Below are positions 1 to 7,706 of a DNA stretch of 32,000 bases, piece by piece (positions within the stretch are counted from its first letter, which is position 1; every line of letters begins with the position of its first letter). The notes below the pieces were generated by a model that worked only from the letters and a program-made list of their open reading frames with translations, ran no database searches and had not been told where the DNA came from. Source of the stretch: Nostoc sp. PCC 7120 = FACHB-418 (GTDB lineage Bacteria > Cyanobacteriota > Cyanobacteriia > Cyanobacteriales > Nostocaceae); NCBI RefSeq assembly GCF_000009705.1, contig NC_003272.1:3540001-3572000 (forward strand), given 5' to 3'. Both the position numbers and the translations under genes were made by a program.

Positions 1-20
1 CATTACCAAGACTTTTGATT

Positions 21-225
21 AGGACTTACGCGAACAGGTTATCTGTTGAGACCGGGTATCAGGGTATAGGGGAGCCAGTTGCGTGGACGGGTCTCCCTAC
101 TTGTTTGCTGTTAAGCGTTCCCGCAGGTTACAAACTGGCGCGTGTAAGGGTTTTAAGCATTTATACCCTTATACTCCTACACCCTTGTCCAAACCCTTGA
201 TCTTTCGTTTTCATGCGTAAGTCCT
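21..225 (+). mobile_element. MITE-like non-autonomous element, full copy A, carrying a nested ~66-bp insert (74-139)
   Basis: Terminal inverted repeat AGGACTTACGCG (21-32) / CGTAAGTCCT (216-225). The body is clearly homologous by eye to the 134-bp copy at 10614-10747. The extra segment 74-139 is bounded by its own inverted repeat GCCAGTT/AACTGGC and is absent from copy B. The ORF 15..200 is repeat-derived. Confidence 0.8.
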
Positions 226-446
226 ATTGATGTAACAATTATATTGAAGCATTAAAAAATACTGAATTCTTGTCCATCAAGAATACTTGACTGTCTCAGC
301 ATAACAATTCGTGCAGATATGAGTAATCATCTCTTTACTCATTATTTGTACTTGTATACATGAGTAGGCTTAAATTCAATTCAAAATGCTAAATATAGCA
401 GTAAGACTTTGCTTGTGGAAGTATAAATAAAGATGTAGTTGTATTA

Positions 447-483
447 AATCAAATAAAGCGATCGCCATCCTATTTGATTTTTT
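447..483 (+). terminator. Hairpin plus T-run, possibly a bidirectional terminator downstream of the CDF gene
   Basis: Stem AATCAAATA (447-455) / TATTTGATT (471-479) around a loop containing HIP1. It is followed by a T-run on the + strand and lies about 45 bp beyond the minus-strand CDF stop (525). Confidence 0.4.
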
Positions 484-524
484 CGCAGCTAGGCGCGATG
501 AACACAGCCTTTTTCCCCTATTCT

Positions 525-1427
525 CTATTTCGATCCCGTTTCAAAACTGATTTGCTCAGACTCATAGTTTGGTGGTTCGACGTGAATGATAATCCTGACT
601 GGACTGAAGCGTTCTTCTAGTCGTCTTTCGACTTCTTCGGTGATGCGATGAGCCGTTTCCACATCTGGCGCATCAACTATTAAGTGCATTTCCATGAAGA
701 TTTGACGACCAAGGACACCCCGTGAGGCGATATCGTGACAATTAATTACCCCAGGTACAGCAACGGCGATCGCGTGTATGGCTTCTGGTGCGATCGCCAT
801 TTGATCCACCAACCAAGGTAAATTCTCTTTTAACACTGACCAACCACTCCAAAATACCAACAACGCCACCGGAAAAGCTAACACTATATCTAGCCATTGA
901 TACCCAAGCCAAACCCCAATCAAACCAAATATTACTGAGATTGTTACCCACACATCACTCATAGTATGAGTCGCATCGGCGATTAAGATTTGACTACCTA
1001 CCCGCTTACCTTCATTACGTTCATAGAACGCCACAAAAATATTTACGCCCAAAACAATCAGCAACAACCACAACTCAGGCGGTGAAATTCTGACAGGTGC
1101 GCCACCCTTGAGAATACGCTCAATCGCACCTTGGAGAATTTCAAAGCAGGCTATTCCTAAAAAGGCGGCGATTCCCAAAGCACCCACAGCTTCAAATTTG
1201 TGGTGTCCGTAAGGATGTTCGCGATCGGGATATGGAGAAGAAAAGCTACTGGCGAATAATCCGAGAATATTGTTAGCACTATCTGTCACACTATGCAACG
1301 CATCGGCTAACAAGCTGAGAGAACCAGTTAAATACCCTACAAATGCTTTTAACCCCATAACAAACAAGTTGAGCAGTAGGGTAATCAATAAAACTTTGCG
1401 TACCACCGCACGGTTATCGTAAGCCAT
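525..1427 (-). CDS. Cation diffusion facilitator (CDF) family divalent-metal efflux transporter, CzcD/ZitB-like
   Basis: 300 aa with six hydrophobic helices and a C-terminal cytoplasmic domain. H-x3-D pairs sit in TM2 (LHSVTDSANN) and TM5 (THTMSDVWV), the classic CDF metal site. ATG start at 1427. Confidence 0.9.
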   Translation of the reverse strand: MAYDNRAVVRKVLLITLLLNLFVMGLKAFVGYLTGSLSLLADALHSVTDSANNILGLFASSFSSPYPDREHPYGHHKFEAVGALGIAAFLGIACFEILQGAIERILKGGAPVRISPPELWLLLIVLGVNIFVAFYERNEGKRVGSQILIADATHTMSDVWVTISVIFGLIGVWLGYQWLDIVLAFPVALLVFWSGWSVLKENLPWLVDQMAIAPEAIHAIAVAVPGVINCHDIASRGVLGRQIFMEMHLIVDAPDVETAHRITEEVERRLEERFSPVRIIIHVEPPNYESEQISFETGSK

Positions 1428-1506
1428 AGATATTTTTAAACACCCAGTTCTATGACTTCTAAGTTTACTTCTAATGTAGATATTTAAACATCAATCAAAT
1501 GTATCA

Positions 1507-1527
1507 AAGTCTTACACTGTAAGACTT
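1507..1527. promoter_or_regulatory. Perfect 21-bp palindrome, candidate operator upstream of the CDF gene
   Basis: AAGTCTTACA-C-TGTAAGACTT has perfect 10-bp arms and lies about 80 bp upstream of the CDF ATG in an AT-rich spacer. A half-site GTAAGACTT recurs near 400. Confidence 0.45.
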
Positions 1528-1654
1528 ATATATCTCTGTTATCGTTAATTGAATATCTATTTTATTGAGATTAATTATAGTTTAAAACTGTCATAACATA
1601 GTTAGACAGTAGTAATTATTTGAAAGAATACAGCATATTTTTATCATTAAGAGT

Positions 1655-1800
1655 CAGCCGTCAACCTTCCGGGTGACGCTCAAGAGCGTCGCTACCGCTC
1701 GCAATCTTCCCTACGGGACACTTTGTGAAGGCGCAGTATCTGTCTTTGCTACGCAACGCTACCGCGAACTTACAGAAGAATGCGACTGCCGCACAGTCAA
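1655..1800. repeat. GC-rich short dispersed repeat block
   Basis: GC-rich island in an AT-rich spacer. Hairpin GACGCTC-AA-GAGCGTC at 1675-1690. The 14-mer CTTCCCTACGGGAC (1706-1719) recurs as its reverse complement at 20051-20064. Related GCTACGC/AACGC motifs occur at about 3055-3075 and 28400-28445. Confidence 0.6.
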
Positions 1801-2510
1801 TAGTGATTCTTCATCTCCCTCACCCTCCGTTTTTCTGGGGAAATGGACAAAAAATGCCAAACTGGCTGAATTGGACGTAGGAAAATTGTATTCTGTATTT
1901 TAGGTAACTGTTTTGCGATAAATTTTTTGTCTGTGAAAATAGTATCTGGGGTTAAGAAATGGTAATAAATCTTCAATCTTCTAACGGCAAAGTTCAAAAA
2001 TGGGACAATCAAAGTGATGCTCTTGATCACTTATTTACCATCTTCAGCATTCCAGAACAGACAAAATTACACACTATCGAATCAGCAAAACTTTTCTTGG
2101 GCAATTGCTAACTATTTCTACGATTACTAGACCTTATCTTTATAACAAGCATTTTTTGATTAAAAAATCATGGTAATTGCTTCTAAACTCTTATAGTTGA
2201 AGGATTTTACTTAACTCAACTACTGGGGTTTAAAAGCAAAATAGATGGAGCTAAGACGGCTATCTCAATAGCAAATGAAATGACTAATAGCAAGGTTCTC
2301 ATTTAATTCAGCCTCCATGCAAATACCATATCCAAAATGTATGGCGCATCAATTTGATAGTACCTAAATATAATTAGAAATGGTTCATGCTGACGCACAT
2401 TGCCAAACCATTAATTGCGGATAGTTTATTTTTTGATGTTCCATAAACAGCTAAAAACTGGTGGAATCAGTCTATAAATTTCATATTTAGATAAATATCT
2501 CCAAGACACT

Positions 2511-2921
2511 ATGAGCTACCACATAAATTCTTCCCAAAATCGGTTTCACAAAATAATTACGACTGAACAATTGAATCAAGTCATCGAAGCTATTACTGAT
2601 GGAAGATATTCTTGGGCTTGTGTTTTAATTTTACGTTTTGTTGGGTACAATCCTCTTCACTTTATTCCCCAACGGACTTATAGCCGTCTTATGAAGGACA
2701 ATAGACAAGTTGCCAATATACCTGGTTCATTAAATAATGGAAAATCCATAAGTGCCAATTCCCCCATAACTAACTCTAGCGTAGTTAATAAAGCTTCTAC
2801 TCAGGATTTAAACCAGTCGAATAATTCTGATTACTTAACCACTCCTGAACCAGATAAGAGGGGAAATATTCCAGGGTATTTAGAAACAAAAATGGCAGTA
2901 ATGTATAGCCGGAATCAATAG
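2511..2921 (+). CDS. HetP-family protein (heterocyst commitment regulator paralog)
   Basis: 136 aa. The N-terminal core ...EQLNQVIEAITDGRYSWACVLILRFVGYNPLHFIPQRTYSRLMKDN... matches the conserved HetP domain as I recall it. The C-terminal half is low-complexity and Ser/Asn-rich. A 1.08-kb non-coding leader precedes it. Confidence 0.8.
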   Translation: MSYHINSSQNRFHKIITTEQLNQVIEAITDGRYSWACVLILRFVGYNPLHFIPQRTYSRLMKDNRQVANIPGSLNNGKSISANSPITNSSVVNKASTQDLNQSNNSDYLTTPEPDKRGNIPGYLETKMAVMYSRNQ

Positions 2922-2937
2922 AAAGCAGAATTTATGT

Positions 2938-3015
2938 ACCCAGGTCGTCTGTTGAGACTGGGTGTAAGGGGGTAAGGGTATAGGGGCGTAAATACTTAAA
3001 ACCCTTACACCCCTG
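2938..3015 (+). mobile_element. 5'-truncated fragment (copy C) of the same MITE family
   Basis: ACCCAGGTCGTCTGTTGAGACTGGGTGTAAGGG...TAGGGGCGTAAATACTTAAAACCCTTACACCCC is homologous to the interior of copies A and B. It lacks the AGGACTTACGCA end and starts 17 nt after the hetP-like stop codon. Confidence 0.65.
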
Positions 3016-3039
3016 TTTTATCGGAAAAAGCTAGGTTCA

Positions 3040-3240
3040 AAACCGGACTTGCGTCCCGCTACGCTAACGCCCCTAGTGGGCGAAAAAATCCTTATCTCAC
3101 AAGGTAGGTAGAAACCCCAACGCCAGTTCTCTCAAGTCGGGAAACCCCTTCGGGTTCGGCAGTCCACCCGGCGGCATAGCCGCACGTGTGGCTGCACTCA
3201 CCGCCCACGAGACTGGATCAGGAATTGTGGGTGGCTGTCT
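3040..3240. repeat. GC-rich, highly self-complementary island of unknown nature (repeat element or structured RNA)
   Basis: Starts with the MITE-end-like CGGACTTGCGTC. Contains hairpins AACCC-CTTC-GGGTT, GGCGG...CCGCC and AGCC-GCACGTGT-GGCT. Its GC content is far above the surrounding spacer. No ORF. Confidence 0.4.
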
Positions 3241-3242
3241 TT

Positions 3243-3266
3243 AATTTTGAATTTTGAATTTTGAAT
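3243..3266. repeat. Heptanucleotide tandem repeat (AATTTTG)x3 plus a degenerate unit
   Basis: aattttg aattttg aattttg aattgat, read directly from the sequence. STRR-like heptamer arrays are typical of Nostocales. Confidence 0.85.
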
Positions 3267-3270
3267 TGAT

Positions 3271-3375
3271 TCATCTCCTCTGTGTGGTAAATACAAACCA
3301 CATGACAACAACCATCAAACCCAAATAAGCTGATACAGTTAACCATTCTTGCCAGCTACCAGATAAATAATTCAT
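3271..3375 (-). CDS. Candidate 34-aa single-pass membrane peptide (unannotated small ORF)
   Basis: ATG at 3375 and TGA at 3271-3273. Translation is MNYLSGSWQEWLTVSAYLGLMVVVMWFVFTTQRR, with one hydrophobic helix and a basic C-terminus. No clear SD. An ORF this short could arise by chance. Confidence 0.25.
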   Translation of the reverse strand: MNYLSGSWQEWLTVSAYLGLMVVVMWFVFTTQRR

Positions 3376-3584
3376 CAGTAAAAATGCGGTAAATTACAAC
3401 AAAATCTCTGCTTATCGCCATCCTACGCCTTCAAGCTATCAGTATATTCCTCATGTAAACCGCGAAAAATTTCTGCTGTTTTTCCGGAATTGCCAAAAAC
3501 GCCGTGGTATTACCTATCAGTACAACGAATTATACAGAACTTCTATATCAAAACCTTTGGGGAATATATCCCCACTGCATTTAC

Positions 3585-3613
3585 AAAAGCCCGGACATAA
3601 CCACCGGGCTTTT
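3585..3613. terminator. Strong symmetric (bidirectional) rho-independent terminator hairpin
   Basis: AAAAGCCCGG (3585-3594) / CCGGGCTTTT (3604-3613), a 6-bp GC core plus A/T extension with a 9-nt loop. A T-run follows on both strands. Confidence 0.7.
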
Positions 3614-3694
3614 GTCTGTGATATCCCCCTGTGGTAGCAAACAGCATACTCATATTTTTGAGTAAATTAAAAATAGGCTATCTCTAGGACAGTT

Positions 3695-4513
3695 ATGACT
3701 TTTGGAAGAACTGAAGATTTGGTGTTAGTTGTTGGTGCGACTGGTGGAGTAGGACAAATTGTCGTGGGTAAGTTATTGGAGAAGGGTGCAAAGGTTCGCA
3801 TCCTCACACGGAACGCCGAAAAAGCCAAAAAGCTGTTCAATGACAAAGTTGAGGTTTTTGTAGGCGACATCCGCAAACCCAACACACTCCCAGCAGCAGT
3901 GGATCATGTCACCCACATTATATGTTGTACTGGAACTACAGCCTTTCCCTCTGCTAGATGGGAATTTGACCCAGAACCCAACTTGTTTGAATGGGGTAAA
4001 ATTCTTCTAGATTCTGACTATAGAGAAGCAACGGCAAAAAATACACCAGCCAAGGTTGATGCAGAGGGTGTGAGTAACTTAGTCGCCACCGCACCTAAAA
4101 ATTTGAGCAGGTTTGTGTTTGTATCTTCCGTGGGGATTCTTCGCAAGGATCAGCCGCCTTTTAATATTTTGAATGCTTTCGGTGTGCTAGATGCCAAAAA
4201 AAAGGGAGAGGAAGCGATTATCAATTCTGGGTTACCTTATACCATCATTCGCCCAGGACGCTTAATTGATGGCCCCTATACTTCCTATGACCTGAATACA
4301 CTCCTGAAAGCTACCACAGGCGGTAAGCTAAATGTAGTTATTGGCAAAGGTGACACCTTAGCAGGTGACGCGAGTAGAATTGATGTCGCCGCAGCTTGTG
4401 TGGAATCTATTTTTTATTCAGCTAGTGAAGGACAGGTTTTTGAACTGGTCAATAAGGGAATAAGACCACCTACTATTGATTGGGAAACACTTTTTTTACA
4501 ATTACCCACTTAA
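3695..4513 (+). CDS. NAD(P)-binding atypical short-chain dehydrogenase/reductase (NmrA/TIC62-like)
   Basis: 272 aa. N-terminal Rossmann motif VVGATGGVGQ. The overall pattern ...RILTRN...FVFVSS...IIRPG.L.DGP resembles the extended/atypical SDR family. Confidence 0.85.
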   Translation: MTFGRTEDLVLVVGATGGVGQIVVGKLLEKGAKVRILTRNAEKAKKLFNDKVEVFVGDIRKPNTLPAAVDHVTHIICCTGTTAFPSARWEFDPEPNLFEWGKILLDSDYREATAKNTPAKVDAEGVSNLVATAPKNLSRFVFVSSVGILRKDQPPFNILNAFGVLDAKKKGEEAIINSGLPYTIIRPGRLIDGPYTSYDLNTLLKATTGGKLNVVIGKGDTLAGDASRIDVAAACVESIFYSASEGQVFELVNKGIRPPTIDWETLFLQLPT

Positions 4514-4522
4514 AAAGGTGAA

Positions 4523-5695
4523 TTAAGAATTAGTCTCACCACTAACCGCAATACATCCCCCAGCTAGTAAAAAAGCTAAAATCAACCCAATTAGACCTGC
4601 AACTGGTGTAATTTGTTGGGGTTGGGGAAAAATTGCTCCAAATAAACTCATCGCTAAAGCAAACCCACCAAAATACATCCCAATTCCCAAACCTTCCCAA
4701 GGTTGAGACACTAGTCGTAAACAAAACGGAATTGTACCGTTGATAATGGCACTAAATCCCACAATTAGGGTTAATAAAAAAGGAATTGGGATATTGAAGC
4801 AAACCATAACTAGTAGTGACAAAGTAGTTAGGGCAATACCAATCAGCATGGCTTGACGATCGCCTATTTTCATAGTGAACCATGCCGCAGGTAAGCTGGC
4901 AAGTGCGATCGCTAGTCCTACCCATACCATCAACCAATCATTACTGGTGATTTGCAGTTGGACTGGGAGAATTTTTCCTAAAATATCCATGACTAACCGC
5001 GAACCCCAGGCCACACCAAAACCAGTACCTAAAATTAAACTTAATTCTCTGTTGGGTAACTGTGTAATTTCTCTTGGATTGGCAACGGGTGTACTAGGAG
5101 GGTTGACGAAGCGCAATGCAGCCGTTACAGCCAGTAACACGAAAGAAGCGATCGCAAAAGCAAAAATTGGCCCTAAACTGAGGATAAACTTATTGGCAAT
5201 TGGTCGAAATGCACCAATTATACCTCCTGTCAAGACTACAACACTAAATGCTAAAGGTAGCTCGGCAGGCATTGAGTATTTGGCTAATAAAGCGATCGCC
5301 GGACTGCGAAACACTGTCATAGACAAAGCCCAGGCTACCAATACTATTGGTAAAAGCGATCGCCAAACAACGGTAGGGGGAACGAAAGTGACAATACAGG
5401 GGATAGCGATCAATAGTGTCGCTGATAGAATCACCCCTGCGGAGATTAACAGAAATCGACTACCCACCCAACGCTGTGCTTGATCAGAAAGCCCTCCCAT
5501 GAGTGGTTCCATAATCACAGCCAAGGCATTTTCCAGCACCAGCAAACCCACTGCCAAGGATGCGGGAAAACCAAACTGAACTAGAAGTTGGGGTACGTAG
5601 GCGTTATATATGATCCAAGCAAGGGTGATTGCTCCCTGTAGTGCTGCCAATACCCAAACTTGTACCCATAAGATATGCGATTTTGATACATTCAT
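4523..5695 (-). CDS. MFS-type transporter, substrate unknown
   Basis: 390 aa, hydrophobic almost throughout, with about 12 helices. Convergent with the SDR gene, with a 9-bp gap. Confidence 0.75.
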   Translation of the reverse strand: MNVSKSHILWVQVWVLAALQGAITLAWIIYNAYVPQLLVQFGFPASLAVGLLVLENALAVIMEPLMGGLSDQAQRWVGSRFLLISAGVILSATLLIAIPCIVTFVPPTVVWRSLLPIVLVAWALSMTVFRSPAIALLAKYSMPAELPLAFSVVVLTGGIIGAFRPIANKFILSLGPIFAFAIASFVLLAVTAALRFVNPPSTPVANPREITQLPNRELSLILGTGFGVAWGSRLVMDILGKILPVQLQITSNDWLMVWVGLAIALASLPAAWFTMKIGDRQAMLIGIALTTLSLLVMVCFNIPIPFLLTLIVGFSAIINGTIPFCLRLVSQPWEGLGIGMYFGGFALAMSLFGAIFPQPQQITPVAGLIGLILAFLLAGGCIAVSGETNS

Positions 5696-5756
5696 AAAGA
5701 TTTAAAAAGAAGAGTTTACGCCGTAAACCCCTACAAAATATGTATTATTTGTTTTT

Positions 5757-6326
5757 TCAACTAAAATTCAAACAACTAAAAATATCTTCTACAGTTAATT
5801 GCCAATTCGCCAATACACTCATAACAGGTAAAATATCTTTCCCTGCTTTGATTTCTGGTAATATATCAGGTTGAAAAACCACGATAGATTCATCATTAGG
5901 GTCGAGAAACCAACCTAGCTTTGCACCATTTTGCATAGAAAACATTATTTTACGGATAACCCGATTAGGGGATTGTTCTGGAGAAAGAATTTCAATAATC
6001 CAATCGAGGGAAATTTCAAATTGATTGGCAATTCTGCCATTAGGACGTAAAGGAATACGTGACCATTCAAAGACAGCAATATCTGGAACTATAGAATTTC
6101 CCGAAAACGTGCAGCGTAACTCAGGAAATGCGTAAGCTAATTTTTGTGGTTTAGCAATCTCATTAATAGCTGTCACCAAACTACTTTGTAAGGTGCTATG
6201 TTCTCCTTGAGGCGTCAGTTTTTGGTTGATTTTACCGTCAATATATTCACTGGCGGGTTTAGTTTCTGGTAATTTCAGAAACTCCTCTAGTGTCTTGTTG
6301 GCGAATACTGGAGTTGATAACGACAT
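5757..6326 (-). CDS. Uma2 family (DUF820) restriction-endonuclease-fold protein
   Basis: About 189 aa from ATG 6326 (the track start at 6332 is TTG). N-terminal ...LEEFLKLPETKPASEYIDG... and a core ...PDIAVF...IIEILSPEQS... are typical of the multi-copy cyanobacterial Uma2 family. Confidence 0.8.
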   Translation of the reverse strand: MSLSTPVFANKTLEEFLKLPETKPASEYIDGKINQKLTPQGEHSTLQSSLVTAINEIAKPQKLAYAFPELRCTFSGNSIVPDIAVFEWSRIPLRPNGRIANQFEISLDWIIEILSPEQSPNRVIRKIMFSMQNGAKLGWFLDPNDESIVVFQPDILPEIKAGKDILPVMSVLANWQLTVEDIFSCLNFS

Positions 6327-6462
6327 CAGCAATTACTCCTAAAACAATCCCAGCAAAGAAATATTGACTATTATTCAAATTATGCAATGTTAGATTACAG
6401 AAAAGGGGAAATTCAAAGTTGTGAATTTCCCCCGCTTGTTCTCTACATTACAACTATTAGTC

Positions 6463-7635
6463 TTAATATTCAGGAACGGATGGATCTACTTCCCGACTCC
6501 AAGCGGTGATTCCGCCTTTAACGTTTGTCCCCACAATCCCCGATTCTTTGAGGATGGCTAGGGCTTTTGCCGATCGCCCACCTAATTTACAATGAGCAAT
6601 TAAGCGGTGTCCGTTGAGGGCTTCTTTGACTTTGGCTACACCATTACCATTTTCAATGTCTGGTAAAGGTATTAATACAGAACCAGGAATTTTGGCGATT
6701 TCGTACTCGTTGGGGTTACGCACATCTAGCAGGACAAAATCTTTCGCCCCACTATCCAGCAATTCCTTGAGTTCGGTAACAGTCATTTCTTGAATTTCTT
6801 GCATTTTTTGCGCCTCGGCTGCTTTGGCTTGAGGAATACCACAGAATTGTTCGTAATCTATCAGTTTTTCAATTACTGGTCGTATGGGGTTGGGACGCAG
6901 TTTCAACTCACGGAATTTCATATCTAAGGCGTTGTACAGCAACAATCTACCACTGAGAGTATTACCATTGCCCAAAACAATTTTCACTGTTTCCGTGGCT
7001 TGAATTACACCGATAATTCCTGGCAAAATCCCTAATACTCCACCTTCTGCACAGGAGGGAACTAGTCCTGGTGGTGGTGGTTCTGGGTATAAGTCGCGGT
7101 AGTTCGGCCCGCCTTCGTAGTTAAAGACTGTGGCTTGTCCTTCAAAGCGGAAAATTGAACCGTAGACGTTGGGTTTATCTAACAATACGCAAGCGTCGTT
7201 GACTAGATATCTGGTAGGGAAGTTATCTGTACCATCCACCACGATATCGTAAGGTTTGATGATATCTAGGGCATTTTCGGAACTGAGACGAGTTTCGTAG
7301 AGGTCAACCTGACAATAGGGGTTAATCTCATGTATGCGGTTCTTTGCAGATTCAATTTTGGGTTTACCTACCCATGATGTTCCGTGGATGACTTGGCGTT
7401 GCAGGTTGGAAGTATCAACGACATCGAAATCGACTATACCGATGCGTCCAATACCGGCGGCGGCTAAATATAACAGTAGTGGTGAACCTAGTCCACCTGT
7501 ACCGATACAAAGTACACTGGCAGCTTTGAGCCGTTTTTGCCCTTCCACTCCCACTTCTGGCAAAATCAGGTGGCGGGAGTAGCGTTCGTAGTCGTCTTTA
7601 GTTAACTGGATATCTTCCAGGTTGGGATTAAGCAT
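6463..7635 (-). CDS. moeB: MoeB/ThiF-type (E1-like) adenylyltransferase with a C-terminal rhodanese domain (MoeZ-type)
   Basis: 390 aa. Nucleotide loop IGTGGLGSP, a RYSRHL start and a ThiF-family core. The C-terminal rhodanese has the active-site loop HCKLGGRS. Confidence 0.9.
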   Translation of the reverse strand: MLNPNLEDIQLTKDDYERYSRHLILPEVGVEGQKRLKAASVLCIGTGGLGSPLLLYLAAAGIGRIGIVDFDVVDTSNLQRQVIHGTSWVGKPKIESAKNRIHEINPYCQVDLYETRLSSENALDIIKPYDIVVDGTDNFPTRYLVNDACVLLDKPNVYGSIFRFEGQATVFNYEGGPNYRDLYPEPPPPGLVPSCAEGGVLGILPGIIGVIQATETVKIVLGNGNTLSGRLLLYNALDMKFRELKLRPNPIRPVIEKLIDYEQFCGIPQAKAAEAQKMQEIQEMTVTELKELLDSGAKDFVLLDVRNPNEYEIAKIPGSVLIPLPDIENGNGVAKVKEALNGHRLIAHCKLGGRSAKALAILKESGIVGTNVKGGITAWSREVDPSVPEY

Positions 7636-7706
7636 AGGAGTTTGAATGCGGAAGCGCGGACTACTGATTGTATCGAAAAATGATGTCGGTCTTTAGTCTT
7701 AAGTAT

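Noticed and set aside
15-200. 61-aa + strand ORF at the window start
   Set aside because: It lies entirely inside MITE copy A. Its sequence is repeat-derived and has no start context.
1673-2030. Overlapping 76-aa (+) and 77-aa (-) ORFs in the hetP-like leader
   Set aside because: The + ORF is the translation of the GC-rich dispersed repeat. The - ORF is AT-rich and low-complexity, with no motif or SD. Neither looks like a protein.
3243-3266. Tandem repeats considered as a CRISPR array (also at 19321-19355 and 10083-10110)
   Set aside because: The units are 7 nt long with no spacers. These are STRR-type heptamer arrays. No CRISPR repeat-spacer structure or cas genes occur anywhere in the window.
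3483-3488. TCCGGA as proof of a heterocyst-specific promoter
   Set aside because: A palindromic hexamer is expected a few times per 32 kb by chance, and the -10 downstream lacks the invariant final T. I kept it only as weak supporting evidence for the sRNA candidate, not as a called promoter.
4875-5483. 202-aa + strand ORF antisense to the MFS gene. Similar antisense ORFs occur at 742-951, 7334-7582, 9074-9415, 10781-11122, 12115-12357, 13298-13501, 14311-14685, 15066-15368, 16692-16895, 17513-17704, 19666-19919, 20332-20583, 21985-22279, 24208-24841, 25256-25486, 25830-26033, 26842-27027 and 29678-29869.
   Set aside because: These are shadow ORFs on the opposite strand or in an alternative frame of well-supported genes. 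They have no motifs of their own.
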